This document shows, piece by piece, positions 11,002 to 21,091 of a stretch of 64,000 nucleotides of DNA. The translations under genes were made by a program, and so were the position numbers. How positions within the stretch are numbered: position 1 is the first letter of the stretch; every line of letters begins with the position of its first letter. The notes under the pieces are model-generated. The model saw only the letters and a list, made by a program, of their open reading frames with translations. It made no database searches and had not been told where the DNA came from. The stretch is from Candidatus Bathyarchaeota archaeon. GTDB lineage: Archaea; Thermoproteota; Bathyarchaeia; Bathyarchaeales; Bathycorpusculaceae. The DNA is taken from the NCBI GenBank assembly GCA_963770935.1, contig CAVYRJ010000008.1, positions 32,001 to 96,000 of the forward strand, written 5' to 3'.

Positions 11002-11826
11002 ATGAAAATAACCAAAAAAACGATAAAGCACATTACAATCATTTCAGGCATAGTTGGCATAATCTTCTTCATTATTGCAGCAATGTTCTATCTTACATCC
11101 CCTACCTTAGACTACATGGTTATAATCGCTCTCGCAATCGGTGTTGCACCACCAGGTATCGCAAATATTTTTCACAGTAGATGGCGAATGAAAATCGAAA
11201 AGGCAACCCCTGAATTTTTGAGAGACTTAGCAACTGCATCGAGAACCGGTATACCATTACATGTGGCTTTGGAACATGCCTCCAACCGAATGTACGGTCC
11301 ACTTACTCATGAACTAAAAGTGTTAGTTGCACACATGAGTTGGGGCATGAACTTTAACGAGGCACTAGATGAACTTGCGGAAAGAATAGACTTGCCTCTA
11401 ATCAGAAAAGCAACAGTCTTGATAAATGAAGCAGGAAAACACGGTGGAGAATTATCAAATATCTTTGATTTAACTGCTAAATACCTTGAAAACATAAATG
11501 ACTGGACTCAAAAAAGAAGACAACAGACACTCCCATACGTCGCAATTTTCTACTTCTCTGTTTTTATGTTCCTATTCATCATTATAGTAATTTCAAACAT
11601 GATGTTTACACCATTGAGTCAAACTACAGATGGAGTATCATTCATCAAACCGATCCTATCTCAAGGTGAATCAAGACGATTATTCTTACATGCATCATTA
11701 ATAGAAGCAATTTTCGGTGGACTTATTGCAGGAAAAATTAATGAGGAAAGCTTCATCGATGGTTTGAAACACGTCACGTTTCTAGCTGTTGCTTCAGGCA
11801 TAGCGTTCTATTTGTTCCTGCATTAA
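11002..11826 (+). CDS. Type II secretion system F family (TadC-like) pilus platform membrane protein
   Basis: PEFLRDLA..SRTG, YGPLT.E, WGMNFNEAL, GLIAGKI motifs. Confidence 0.9.
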   Translation: MKITKKTIKHITIISGIVGIIFFIIAAMFYLTSPTLDYMVIIALAIGVAPPGIANIFHSRWRMKIEKATPEFLRDLATASRTGIPLHVALEHASNRMYGPLTHELKVLVAHMSWGMNFNEALDELAERIDLPLIRKATVLINEAGKHGGELSNIFDLTAKYLENINDWTQKRRQQTLPYVAIFYFSVFMFLFIIIVISNMMFTPLSQTTDGVSFIKPILSQGESRRLFLHASLIEAIFGGLIAGKINEESFIDGLKHVTFLAVASGIAFYLFLH

Positions 11827-11887
11827 ACCAAATAATATAAGGATGTCAAGATAATAACTGATGGAAATAAAAAGTTAGGTCGATGAA

Positions 11888-13090
11888 ATGAAAAAAATCT
11901 CACAGCAAAATACGGATACAATGCAGGCTACTGAAGGACAAAAGCAGCCGTTGGGAAAAATTTTCTCAAGCAAAAACAAAGAACCTATAAAGGCTTTAGA
12001 TGCTGAAGATAAAATAGAACTCGAAAGGCGCGAAGCCTATATTGAGCCAAATACACGCGATTTATTAAGAGAGATTCTTGAATGCTGTGATAACGAGGAG
12101 ATTATTCCAAAATATGTCTCAGGAACGGGATTCGTATATCAGGCAACTAATAAAACTTTGAGTGATCCTAAAGCCAAAGTAATTGAAAAAGATATATTGG
12201 AGAATCTTGCACGCCTTGATATATTGAAAAAGAACTTCTTTGATTCAGTTTCAGCATGCCCAAATTGCGAATCGACAACCATAACTCTGCATAATCGATG
12301 CCCAAAATGCAAAAGTCACAACGTTGCAAAAACTAATTTAACCGAACACATTCCTTGCGGATACATCGATCAAAAAGACAAATACGTAGACAATCGATGT
12401 CCGAAATGTGGCGAACCCCTCGAAGAAGGGCAATATCGAAACATGGGGCGCTGGTATGTATGCCAAGAATGCTCGGAACGATTCGAAAATCCTGAATCAG
12501 ACATTATCTGCCGAAGCTGTAGAAAAAACTTCACGATAAAAGAAGCCACAGCAGTCGATATTCCGAAATTCTCATTAAATCTGCAACGACGAAAAGAAAT
12601 TAGGCAAAATGTAACAAGCCTAGAAAACATTCAACAACTCTTAACCAACCTGGGATTCAGCATTGATATTCCTGGAATAGTAATCGGGCAAAAAAGCGGT
12701 ATGCAACATCATTTCAGTCTAATTGCCAAGAAACTTATAGATGGACAAGAAAAGGTTATTGCATTAGATCATGCAGTGAGTGAGAGCGAGGTCTCAACAT
12801 CACCACTGATTTTATATCTCTACAAAACCTCTGAAGTTAAAGTCGATGTTCCAATTTTTGTTGCCGTTCCCCAGCTAAATGAAACAGCAAAGAAGATTGC
12901 ACAAGGTCATAACATTGTTTTGATTGAGGGCTCATTAGAAGAACAGGAAGCAATGACAAGAATTAAAAGCGAAATTGAAAAAAGTTTAGAAGCAAAAAAA
13001 CCAACCAAAACGTCATACGGTCAAACAGAAGAGGAAAAAACGCAAAGGAAATCATTTCTAGACAAATTTAAAGGAATAAAAAAAAGATAA
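11888..13090 (+). CDS. TackOD1-like multi-CxxC metal-binding protein with C-terminal restriction-endonuclease-like fold
   Basis: CPNC, CPKC, HIPCG, CPKC, CQEC, CRSC motifs after a wHTH-like segment; C-terminal G.KSG..H.F.LIA Mrr/PD-(D/E)xK-like region. Confidence 0.7.
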   Translation: MKKISQQNTDTMQATEGQKQPLGKIFSSKNKEPIKALDAEDKIELERREAYIEPNTRDLLREILECCDNEEIIPKYVSGTGFVYQATNKTLSDPKAKVIEKDILENLARLDILKKNFFDSVSACPNCESTTITLHNRCPKCKSHNVAKTNLTEHIPCGYIDQKDKYVDNRCPKCGEPLEEGQYRNMGRWYVCQECSERFENPESDIICRSCRKNFTIKEATAVDIPKFSLNLQRRKEIRQNVTSLENIQQLLTNLGFSIDIPGIVIGQKSGMQHHFSLIAKKLIDGQEKVIALDHAVSESEVSTSPLILYLYKTSEVKVDVPIFVAVPQLNETAKKIAQGHNIVLIEGSLEEQEAMTRIKSEIEKSLEAKKPTKTSYGQTEEEKTQRKSFLDKFKGIKKR

Positions 13091-13199
13091 CCTCCTAAAG
13101 AGCCAAATAAACCTCAGTTCTCATCACTGGAAAGAAAATCAAAGATCTAATCTTGAGGCAAAAATACAAATTAAATGTCATAACCATGCTCTTATTCGA

Positions 13200-13676
13200 T
13201 GTTTAAAAATTTCTTCATTTGTATTAATCGGCTTTATGAAAGGCATATGTATTTTTATCTAAATTGAAACTGCCCATTCTTCGTTAAAACATTTGGGACC
13301 AACTGGTATTTCCAAATATGGTTCTTCAAGAATTTTACTTCAAGCCATCTTGCCTCTAAATTGGAAAACTTCGGCAAAATATACAAGAATTCTTCGACCC
13401 TTTTAGGAATATCTTTCTTTTCCATCTTAAAATTAACTTTTAATCGAAGGTAGGTCTCATTCTCACTGGAGCACATGGTAAAGAAAACACTTCATCAATG
13501 GGCTCTATTAAAAAATTATCAAATTTGTCTGCGAGGTTTTCGTTTGTAAGTTTATCCTTGATTTTATTGGTTTTTTTAGTTAGATTTCAGGTAGATTAGA
13601 ACATCATCACTTGTTGCCAGTTGAATTGAGGTTTCTTCGTTCTGATTAATTGTAAAACTAGTGCTTTTTCCTTCAT
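13200..13676 (-). pseudogene. Degenerate paralog of the 16383..16937 NitrOD5-like gene
   Basis: Fragments DKFDNF/LIEPIDEVFS and LKVNFKMEKKDIPKRVEEF..LEVKFLKN in different frames align by eye with KFDQYLLEAIDETFS..LQNDFQIKRVDIPIEICEF..LELKIMNS; boundaries approximate. Confidence 0.6.
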
Positions 13677-13849
13677 GTGATATTCTTCAGTAAATGAAAT
13701 ATTTGATAGCCTTGAATTGATGCATAAAACTAAAATATTCAAAATATTTATTTTAATCGATATTATTCAAGACTATGGCGATGGATATTTTCTTAAGCAA
13801 CATTCTTCAAAAAAAATTGAAAGAATAAAGAAAGAATGATATTTAAATT

Positions 13850-14296
13850 TTAGTTGACAGAAATTTCCTTAACTCTGGTTTCGATGAATTCAGCGACTTT
13901 TTGTTCATTGAATTTTTTGTCTTCTTCTTGTTTTTTAAGCTGTTCTCTAACGGTTGTTAGTAATTGATCAATGTCAACGGGTTTAATCAAGTAAGCATCT
14001 GCATTTCTATTTACTGCTTCAACTGCGTTCTGTAGAGATGGGAATCCAGTCACCATTATTTTTCGCATTCTTGGAACACTATCTTTCATTAATTTTAGAA
14101 GTTCTACACCTTCCATGTCAGGCAATCGTATGTCAAGTAACGCTAAATTGTAAATCTGCTCATGTGTCTTTTTGATCGCTTCTTTTCCATTGGCTGCACT
14201 ATCTACACTGTATCCTTCATCCACAAGTATTGCCTCCATGGTGCTTCGTATTGTTACATCATCATCCACAATTAATATTCTGTATTTTTGTATCAT
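13850..14296 (-). CDS. Stand-alone response regulator (REC domain)
   Basis: ILIVDDD, LLDIRLPDMEG, VTG and YLIKP motifs. Confidence 0.95.
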   Translation of the reverse strand: MIQKYRILIVDDDVTIRSTMEAILVDEGYSVDSAANGKEAIKKTHEQIYNLALLDIRLPDMEGVELLKLMKDSVPRMRKIMVTGFPSLQNAVEAVNRNADAYLIKPVDIDQLLTTVREQLKKQEEDKKFNEQKVAEFIETRVKEISVN

Positions 14297-14299
14297 ACT

Positions 14300-16252
14300 C
14301 TATTCACCTCCGCATTGAAGGGTAGGTTCTAACGGGATAGTCATCGTAAAAGTAGTCCCTTTTCCCATGGCAGTCTTAACGCTTATCGTTCCTCCATGTG
14401 CTTCAACAATACGCTTACAGATTGCCAATCCAAAACCCATTCCTTGCGCTTTAGTTGTAAACAATGGAGCAAATAACTTGGGTAAAACATCGTCTGAAAT
14501 TCCAATACCTGTATCAGAGAAACCTATTCTTAATTTCCCATCTTCTTGTCCGCTGCTAATTGTTAATGTGCCTCCACTGGGCATTGCATCAATTGCGTTC
14601 TTGATTAAATTAACAAAAATACGTGTTAATTTGTTTACATCAGCTAAAAAAGTGACCTCACAAATTTGATCGCTTATAACAATAATCGTATTTGGAACGT
14701 TAGCCATTGTCAGGCTTTCAACTATCATTTTTTGTAATGAAACTTCTTTGAGATCTAGTCGAATTTCTCTGGAGAAATCAAGCAGATCATTGATTATTTT
14801 ATTTGAATATTCGACACAGCGACCAATTATCTCAATCATTTCTTGTTCTTGGGGAGTAGAACAAACATTCTTTCTTTTCAAGAAGTAAACCGCATTCTTA
14901 ATGCCGGTTAAGGGATTTCGCAAGTCGTGACCAATCATTCCCGATAACTCTCCGATTGCCGCTAACCGCTCAGATTTTATTAGTTGAGCCTGTGCTTTCT
15001 CTAGTTCCTTGGTCTTTTGATGAACAACTTCTTCAAGAGTCTTTGAATACTTCTCTAATTTTTTTTCCATGTCTTTCCGTGACGTTATATCAGCTACGAG
15101 CGCAAGAGTGCCTATGCAGTCTCCTTCATCATCAGTTATTTGGGATGCAGCGATACTAGTGTAAATATGAGACCCATCTTTTCTGGCAAACTCGTACTCA
15201 AAATTTCCACTAACCCCACAAGTAAATTTCCCCAAGAAATCCTTCGCTAAAGGACCTTCCCTGCTATCCATGAAATCAAAAAGCTTCTTTCCCAACATTT
15301 CACTGCGGCTGTAGCCTAAAATATCTGTCATTCTGCGATTAACAAAAACAGTTTCATACTCTTTTGAAAGAACCCAAACACCTTCGTGAGCAAGCTCAAC
15401 CAATTGCCGATACTTTGCTTCGCTCTCACTCAAGCTCCTTTGGACTCGTCTAATTTCGGTTATGTCACGAAAGATACATTGGAGATATTTTTTACCTTTT
15501 AATTTAATGCTCTTAGTTGTTACTAGAATATTCTTTGTTTCGCAAGTCTTAGTTTGATGCTCTGTTTCAAACTCTCCGTCCCCAGCTTTTAATAGCTCAT
15601 TAACGTTTTTCCTAATTTTGCCTGGCTTATTGACCTCTATATCTACTAAGGCAAGTTTTTCGAATTCATCTCTGGAATATCCAAGTTGAGTATGAGCAAG
15701 ATCATTAAATTCAATAAAGCCGGTGGTCTTGGGGTCTACGACTAAAACTCCGACAGGAGCTTGATTAAACAATGCATGATAACGCTGCTCCGCTTCTCTT
15801 GACTTTTCTTCGGCTTGCTTTCTGCGCGTAATGTCTTTAACTACTCCAACAGCGCTCCATTTTCCTGACTTTTTTAGGGGCGAAATTGAAAGTTCAATTG
15901 AGATTTCAGAACCATCTTTCCGATTTCCAACCAACTCAACATTACCTACAGTAAAATAACCCATACCTGTGTCAGCAAAAATATCCATACTCGACTTAAT
16001 TCGTTCTTTGCCTTCAAGACACAAAGTTTTAGGGACAAGAAGTTCGTGTACACTTCTTCCCAAAGCTTCAGCACTTGAGTACCCAAATATTTTCTCAGCG
16101 GCAGAATTCCAAAATGTAATTTTACCGATATCATCCACTAAAATTATTGCATCCTTTAGAGAGTTAGCTATCGTTTGAAAATTCTCTTCATTTTTCACTA
16201 CATCGACTATGCTTAAGACGGCGACGGAACTAGATTCTTGTGTGATATTCAT
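14300..16252 (-). CDS. Cytoplasmic sensor histidine kinase with three PAS domains
   Basis: Three PAS/PAC repeats ending in DIT; H-box GHDLRNPL; N, G1 (DTGIG), F and G2 (GMGFGL) boxes. Confidence 0.95.
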   Translation of the reverse strand: MNITQESSSVAVLSIVDVVKNEENFQTIANSLKDAIILVDDIGKITFWNSAAEKIFGYSSAEALGRSVHELLVPKTLCLEGKERIKSSMDIFADTGMGYFTVGNVELVGNRKDGSEISIELSISPLKKSGKWSAVGVVKDITRRKQAEEKSREAEQRYHALFNQAPVGVLVVDPKTTGFIEFNDLAHTQLGYSRDEFEKLALVDIEVNKPGKIRKNVNELLKAGDGEFETEHQTKTCETKNILVTTKSIKLKGKKYLQCIFRDITEIRRVQRSLSESEAKYRQLVELAHEGVWVLSKEYETVFVNRRMTDILGYSRSEMLGKKLFDFMDSREGPLAKDFLGKFTCGVSGNFEYEFARKDGSHIYTSIAASQITDDEGDCIGTLALVADITSRKDMEKKLEKYSKTLEEVVHQKTKELEKAQAQLIKSERLAAIGELSGMIGHDLRNPLTGIKNAVYFLKRKNVCSTPQEQEMIEIIGRCVEYSNKIINDLLDFSREIRLDLKEVSLQKMIVESLTMANVPNTIIVISDQICEVTFLADVNKLTRIFVNLIKNAIDAMPSGGTLTISSGQEDGKLRIGFSDTGIGISDDVLPKLFAPLFTTKAQGMGFGLAICKRIVEAHGGTISVKTAMGKGTTFTMTIPLEPTLQCGGE

Positions 16253-16382
16253 TCACGCTCTTAATATTTATTGGAGCAGTAAAACGAAACATAAGCATTA
16301 TGAATTCTAAATTCATACTCAAAGATTTTGCCCAAATAATGATTATACAATTCTTTACCTCAGAAAATGATTGAGAGGAAAA

Positions 16383-16937
16383 CTAGTAAGTCCTCTTTCT
16401 GACAGTCTCTGCGTAACTATTTCGCAAATTTTGAACATAATCCGTAAGTGAAACTTCGTTAACTATCCACTTGGACAGTGGCCATTGGTATTCAGTTAAT
16501 TTAACGTCGACTTGAAGCTTAGAATTTAAGCTATTCATTATTTTAAGCTCTAATCTACCTGCTCCTAATCCAAAGACCTTATGAATTACCTTGGAGAACT
16601 CACAGATCTCTATGGGAATATCCACTCTTTTTATTTGAAAATCGTTTTGTAAATGTTCAAAAACAGCGTTTTTAACAACTTCGCCTAAGGAAGAAAAAGT
16701 TTCATCTATGGCTTCCAAAAGATATTGATCAAATTTCTTATCCGAATCATAAGTATTTGTGGGTGTAATGGAAATGGAAGTTGAGCTATAGCTATTTGAA
16801 AAGTTATGTTCGTTGAAGATTTCGTTTTTTTGGGTGCTTATTATAAGGGCTTGTTGAAAATATTCTTCTGTTTCAACAAGATCTTCTTCAGTAAGGTAAG
16901 CTTTTTTCATTTTTCCAATAGTGATTTCTTTCACCAT
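16383..16937 (-). CDS. NitrOD5/DUF3227-like archaeal signalling protein
   Basis: LLEAIDETFSSLGE..L..DF.IKR.DIP....F...I..VFG.GA..LE pattern; located between two kinases. Confidence 0.65.
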   Translation of the reverse strand: MVKEITIGKMKKAYLTEEDLVETEEYFQQALIISTQKNEIFNEHNFSNSYSSTSISITPTNTYDSDKKFDQYLLEAIDETFSSLGEVVKNAVFEHLQNDFQIKRVDIPIEICEFSKVIHKVFGLGAGRLELKIMNSLNSKLQVDVKLTEYQWPLSKWIVNEVSLTDYVQNLRNSYAETVRKRTY

Positions 16938-17174
16938 TTCGATTAACTATCCCCAGGAGGTCTAAGGTTGTTGGTTAATTGTATGTAACTTCAGAACTAC
17001 CTGTGTGTATCGTGTTATATAAGTATTAATATTTACTACTATAGATTTATTAAAAGTCATTCTCACAAAACACGAAGCAACTAAGGCACTAACAAATAAG
17101 CACATATCAAAAGGGGAGTTTCAAAGGCTGATTTAGACACGAAAATTAAGCGACCAACTTGTGAAAACTAGCTT

Positions 17175-18938
17175 TTAACCTAAAGGCGGGCGCGTTTTTA
17201 ATAGCTCAACTGGTAATGCAAAAGTGAATTTTGCACCTTTACCAACTGCGTTTTCGACAGTAACTTTTCCGCCGTGAGCTTCCACAACCCGTTTACAAAT
17301 CGCTAGACTCATACCCATTCCTTTTGCTTTAGTCGTTACCAAAGGACTGAAGAGCTTAGGCAAAATAGTTTCTGGTATTCCAGGTCCGGAATCGGTAAAA
17401 GTTATCTCAACAGTTGTATCTCTTAGTCCGCTTGTTATTTGTATTTGACCATTTTCGGAGATTACTTCAATAGCGTTTTGAATAATGCTAGCAAAAGCAT
17501 TCTGTATTTTTTGTGCATCTACAAACATCTTTATCTCGTCGGTTGACAGATTGATTACATTAATGCGTATGGGAACTTTTACTTTTAATAACGCGTTATT
17601 TGTTAGAGATTTAGGAGTGCATTGTTCCATTTGCAATTGAAGATCACTCGAATAGTCAACTAGACTGGTGATAATTCTGTTAGAATCCTCGATTGCATAT
17701 TCAATCCACTCGCAAATCTTAATTCTATCATCAGCTGGCATTTGATCATTTTTCTTTTTGATCATATAAATGCCATTTTTTATGCCGGCTAATGGATTGC
17801 GCAGGTCATGTCCAACTTGTCTAGCGAGTTCGCCAATCGATGCGAGCTTCTCAGACTTTAGAAGTCTTTCTTCCATTTGTAGACGCTCAGTAATATCGTG
17901 AAGAATGCAGGTTATTCCAACGGAACTGCCCTTTTTACTCTTAACAATGGACCCAGAGAAAAGAACGTGTTTTTTCTCTCCCTGCTTTGTTACTAATACC
18001 AGTTCTTGATTTCTAATTAACTTCTTATCAGAAAGCTCCGTTAGAATGCGGTTACAATTAGTTTTGTTACTTTCATCAAACAACTTTGTCATTGGCTCTC
18101 CAATAAGTTCACCTTGTCGGTAACCAAGAAAATCTATCAAACGTTCGTTGACTCTGATTATATTGGAGTCTAAATCTGCGAGAATAAGTGAGTCAGGGAT
18201 TGTGGAAATTATGTTTTCTGCGGCCATTGACGCGTCAAGAGTAAAAAGTTCATATTTCATGACTGCATACCCCACAAAAACACTGAAAAATAAAATAGAG
18301 AACACACCAAGATTAGGAAAATCAATCCCAAGAGCTCTGGTTAACATGTTTGTTGCAACAAAGGTTGCGATTGGTATACCAAAACCTATTGTTACATATT
18401 TTCTTTGTAGCCGATGAACTTGGTCTTTTGCTGCGCGATAGTCTCTAAAACAAAAAATAAATGCTATAACAGGTATTACAGCTGTCCAAATAGTTGATAT
18501 GTAGTAGATCCATGTTCCCGATGCAACATCATTATATCCCCAATATTTCATTATCGGTGCAGCGTTTATTTGGTAAGTTAATAAGTCAACGAGCCAGAAT
18601 GCTACAGCGGGCAAATAGAGTACTAAATAGCTGAGTTTGTTCTTTATCCATTTGTTGTTGCTAAATACTAAGGCAAAATTTAGCACTAAAACGGTAAAAA
18701 AAGGCCAAATAGTTCCCACTTTGTGCCAAAAGTTCGCTATTTCAAAATCAATTGACATCCACATCATTACAGTTGAAAATGAGTAGGTAAAAGCAGCGAG
18801 GCTTGTCAAGAAAAAAAGTCTATTAACAGTTGCTTTCCTGTTAAGAGAATAAACCATATGACCTAGGAGTAGACAGACAATTGCTGCAGGAAGGGAGAGT
18901 AAAGCAAACTGATTCATTATCATCAAGGTGGATTTCAT
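17175..18938 (-). CDS. Membrane sensor histidine kinase (N-terminal 7TM region, PAS, HisKA, HATPase)
   Basis: About 7 TM helices, PAS ending in HDITE, GHDLRNPL, DSGPG, GMGMSL. Confidence 0.93.
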   Translation of the reverse strand: MKSTLMIMNQFALLSLPAAIVCLLLGHMVYSLNRKATVNRLFFLTSLAAFTYSFSTVMMWMSIDFEIANFWHKVGTIWPFFTVLVLNFALVFSNNKWIKNKLSYLVLYLPAVAFWLVDLLTYQINAAPIMKYWGYNDVASGTWIYYISTIWTAVIPVIAFIFCFRDYRAAKDQVHRLQRKYVTIGFGIPIATFVATNMLTRALGIDFPNLGVFSILFFSVFVGYAVMKYELFTLDASMAAENIISTIPDSLILADLDSNIIRVNERLIDFLGYRQGELIGEPMTKLFDESNKTNCNRILTELSDKKLIRNQELVLVTKQGEKKHVLFSGSIVKSKKGSSVGITCILHDITERLQMEERLLKSEKLASIGELARQVGHDLRNPLAGIKNGIYMIKKKNDQMPADDRIKICEWIEYAIEDSNRIITSLVDYSSDLQLQMEQCTPKSLTNNALLKVKVPIRINVINLSTDEIKMFVDAQKIQNAFASIIQNAIEVISENGQIQITSGLRDTTVEITFTDSGPGIPETILPKLFSPLVTTKAKGMGMSLAICKRVVEAHGGKVTVENAVGKGAKFTFALPVELLKTRPPLG

Positions 18939-19190
18939 TTAATATAAGATGTATGAATTTCTAATCTGTACCAAGTTTAAAGAAATTCCGTTACAGTGGA
19001 ATTGAAGGTTGACTGATAGTTCGTTCTTGTTATGATTTCCCCTCAATTGTGCCTTTTTGCCAATTGTAAAAGAGTAATGGTTGATAAATGTGTATGGATG
19101 GGAGTTAAAGAGAGATGAGGGTCCTTAAGTAGAGATGTCTTAAGAAACGTGAACTTTTCTTTTTTTGCAGTCTGAAGCCTTAAAATTTTA

Positions 19191-19403
19191 TCAGTTTGTT
19201 ATTGCTTGTTCTTCTTGCAGAGGAATAGCCATTAAATGCACATTTTCCGGTTTTAAAGCAGCTTTGCCCATTTTTTGTTTCTTATTCCCTGATTGACCTA
19301 TCCAATAGAAACTCCAGCCGACTAAGAAAACTATGGCGATTATTGGCGCAAATAGAATTCTGATTGCTTTACTTCGTTTTTTTCTGTGCAATGGCTTTGT
19401 CAT
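19191..19403 (-). CDS. Small single-TM membrane protein
   Basis: Basic N-terminus followed by hydrophobic ILFAPIIAIVFLVGWSFYWIG. Confidence 0.65.
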   Translation of the reverse strand: MTKPLHRKKRSKAIRILFAPIIAIVFLVGWSFYWIGQSGNKKQKMGKAALKPENVHLMAIPLQEEQAITN

Positions 19404-19905
19404 ATTGACGTAACCATATTCTTAATACTTAACTCTTGATATATAAATTTTACTTGTGGCCACTCTAAAAGAAAAAGAACATTCAAATGAAGATATCCTA
19501 AAGCTTTCATCCAAAAAAGGACGTTTATTTTCGATTTCCCAATCAAATGGCAACTAAATTATGTTCTTCTAGGCGGAAAAATTGTAGAGCACAATTTCAA
19601 TATTATTTTGGAGGATAAAATCAACGTATTTTCTGATGATTTGAATCCATAAATTACATTTTTCTGTTGTTGCGTTGTACAGTTCTTTTATTTTTAGTTG
19701 TGTGGTCGAAATCGGCATTTTTAAAAAGTATTTTACGTATTGATGTGTTTTTGTGTTCGGCAATTGTGCGTGAAATCAGTTTGGATATGCTTGCATTATG
19801 TAATAGGGTTTATCTTGCAGAGTGGACTTATTGAAGACAAAAGAAATGTGTCTTAATAAGACATATTGTATAACTGTACAACACAACAACAGGAGAAAAA
19901 CAAAA

Positions 19906-20298
19906 ATGCACATAAACTATCAAAAAGAGGTCCAAACAAAACTCACAAAAGGACTCTTAGATATGATTATCCTTGAATATTTAGGCCAAGAATCCATGCA
20001 TGGATACCAGCTCATCACTAAAATTCGCAAAGGCTTTGGCGTCTACTTCGGACCTAGCACAATCTATCCACTGTTAGGGCTATTAGAGAAAAAGGGCTAT
20101 GTAAAGAGCGCATGGAATATGAATACGGAAAGACCTAGAAAAATGTATAACCTTACTTCCGAGGGAAAAAGTGTTTTAAGTTTTACCGAAAGTTCACTCA
20201 ACTTAATATGCAAAAACATGGTGGCTGAAACAACCGATAGCAAAACCCGGATACAAGGAACCTCCTTAACCCTTGGCGCGATCAAAGCTTCAAATTGA
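19906..20298 (+). CDS. PadR family transcriptional regulator
   Basis: LDMIIL..L....MHGYQLI, GPSTIYPLL..LEKKG, RKMYNLTSEGK; ATG at 19906 after AGGAG. Confidence 0.92.
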   Translation: MHINYQKEVQTKLTKGLLDMIILEYLGQESMHGYQLITKIRKGFGVYFGPSTIYPLLGLLEKKGYVKSAWNMNTERPRKMYNLTSEGKSVLSFTESSLNLICKNMVAETTDSKTRIQGTSLTLGAIKASN

Positions 20299-20539
20299 AA
20301 GCCCCAATTAACCTAAAGTGTCCGATGCCAAAAATTATCTCTTCAAACTGCTAGTTCAAGATTTGCTCCTCATCAATTCATTATTAAACGCTTACAGCTT
20401 GAATATTTTCTGTCGCAAACGATATTTCATGTGTTTTTCTTATCATAATGATCGCTAACTTAATTGAAACAACTAACAGCATTTGAAATATTCATTTAAA
20501 CCATCTGGTAAAGTGGAATAAGATGCAGAATTTGCATTC

Positions 20540-20848
20540 AGGGGAATACAAAAAATCGCGGAAACCCCTTAGAAGAGACATTATGTGGCGGGAATAATTT
20601 TTGGATGCTTAGTTAAGTAAGTTTTTAGAGGGCAGATACGGTTTTCGTAACTGACAGTGTTGTGTGCAGGGATTAATATCATACAATTTGTCCCAATGTA
20701 TCAATCGCTGTGCGATCCTCCAACTTCATTTTTGCATGCATAAACTTCTCAAATTCTTCCAGCATTCGAGGATTCACTAATATTTCGCGGTTGTTTGACT
20801 GAAATTGGTTCGAATATAATGGTGAATTGCTAAAAGAAGCGTTAAAAA
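20540..20848 (-). mobile_element. Decayed tyrosine-integrase remnant immediately 3' of tRNA-Ala
   Basis: The frame reading through the tRNA continues as ..LEEFEKFMHAKMKLEDRTAIDTLGQIV, then broken fragments (VSYE.., TYLTKHPK, LRGFRDFL) resembling the core-binding domain of tRNA-targeting archaeal integrases; no catalytic domain seen. Confidence 0.5.
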
Positions 20849-20926
20849 TGGTGGACCGAGAGGGATTTGAACCCGCGACTTCCGCGTTGCGAACGCGGCG
20901 ATCATACCGAACTGATCTACCGGCCC
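20849..20926 (-). tRNA. tRNA-Ala(CGC), CCA encoded
   Basis: GGGCCGG acceptor with G3:U70; anticodon arm CCGCG-TT-CGC-AA-CGCGG; T loop TTCAAAT; ends ACCA. Confidence 0.95.
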
Positions 20927-21091
20927 TTTTCTGGAAAAACACGGTTACGATAGCATTTAGAGCTTTCGGTGCCTTCTTATCAGGATTGAGCTAAAATATT
21001 CAGCGCCTAGTAATCTAACAGAATAAGTGAAATACTAAAAATATAAAAATCAAAAAAAGGAAAAAATTCTAATTCAACACATTGGAAACGC

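Noticed and set aside
5510-11826. Archaellum (motility) operon
   Set aside because: No arlF/G/H or chemotaxis genes, and two separate platform proteins; this fits a pilus
20679-20942. 87-aa ORF as a functional protein
   Set aside because: It overlaps tRNA-Ala; only the distal part looks like an integrase relic
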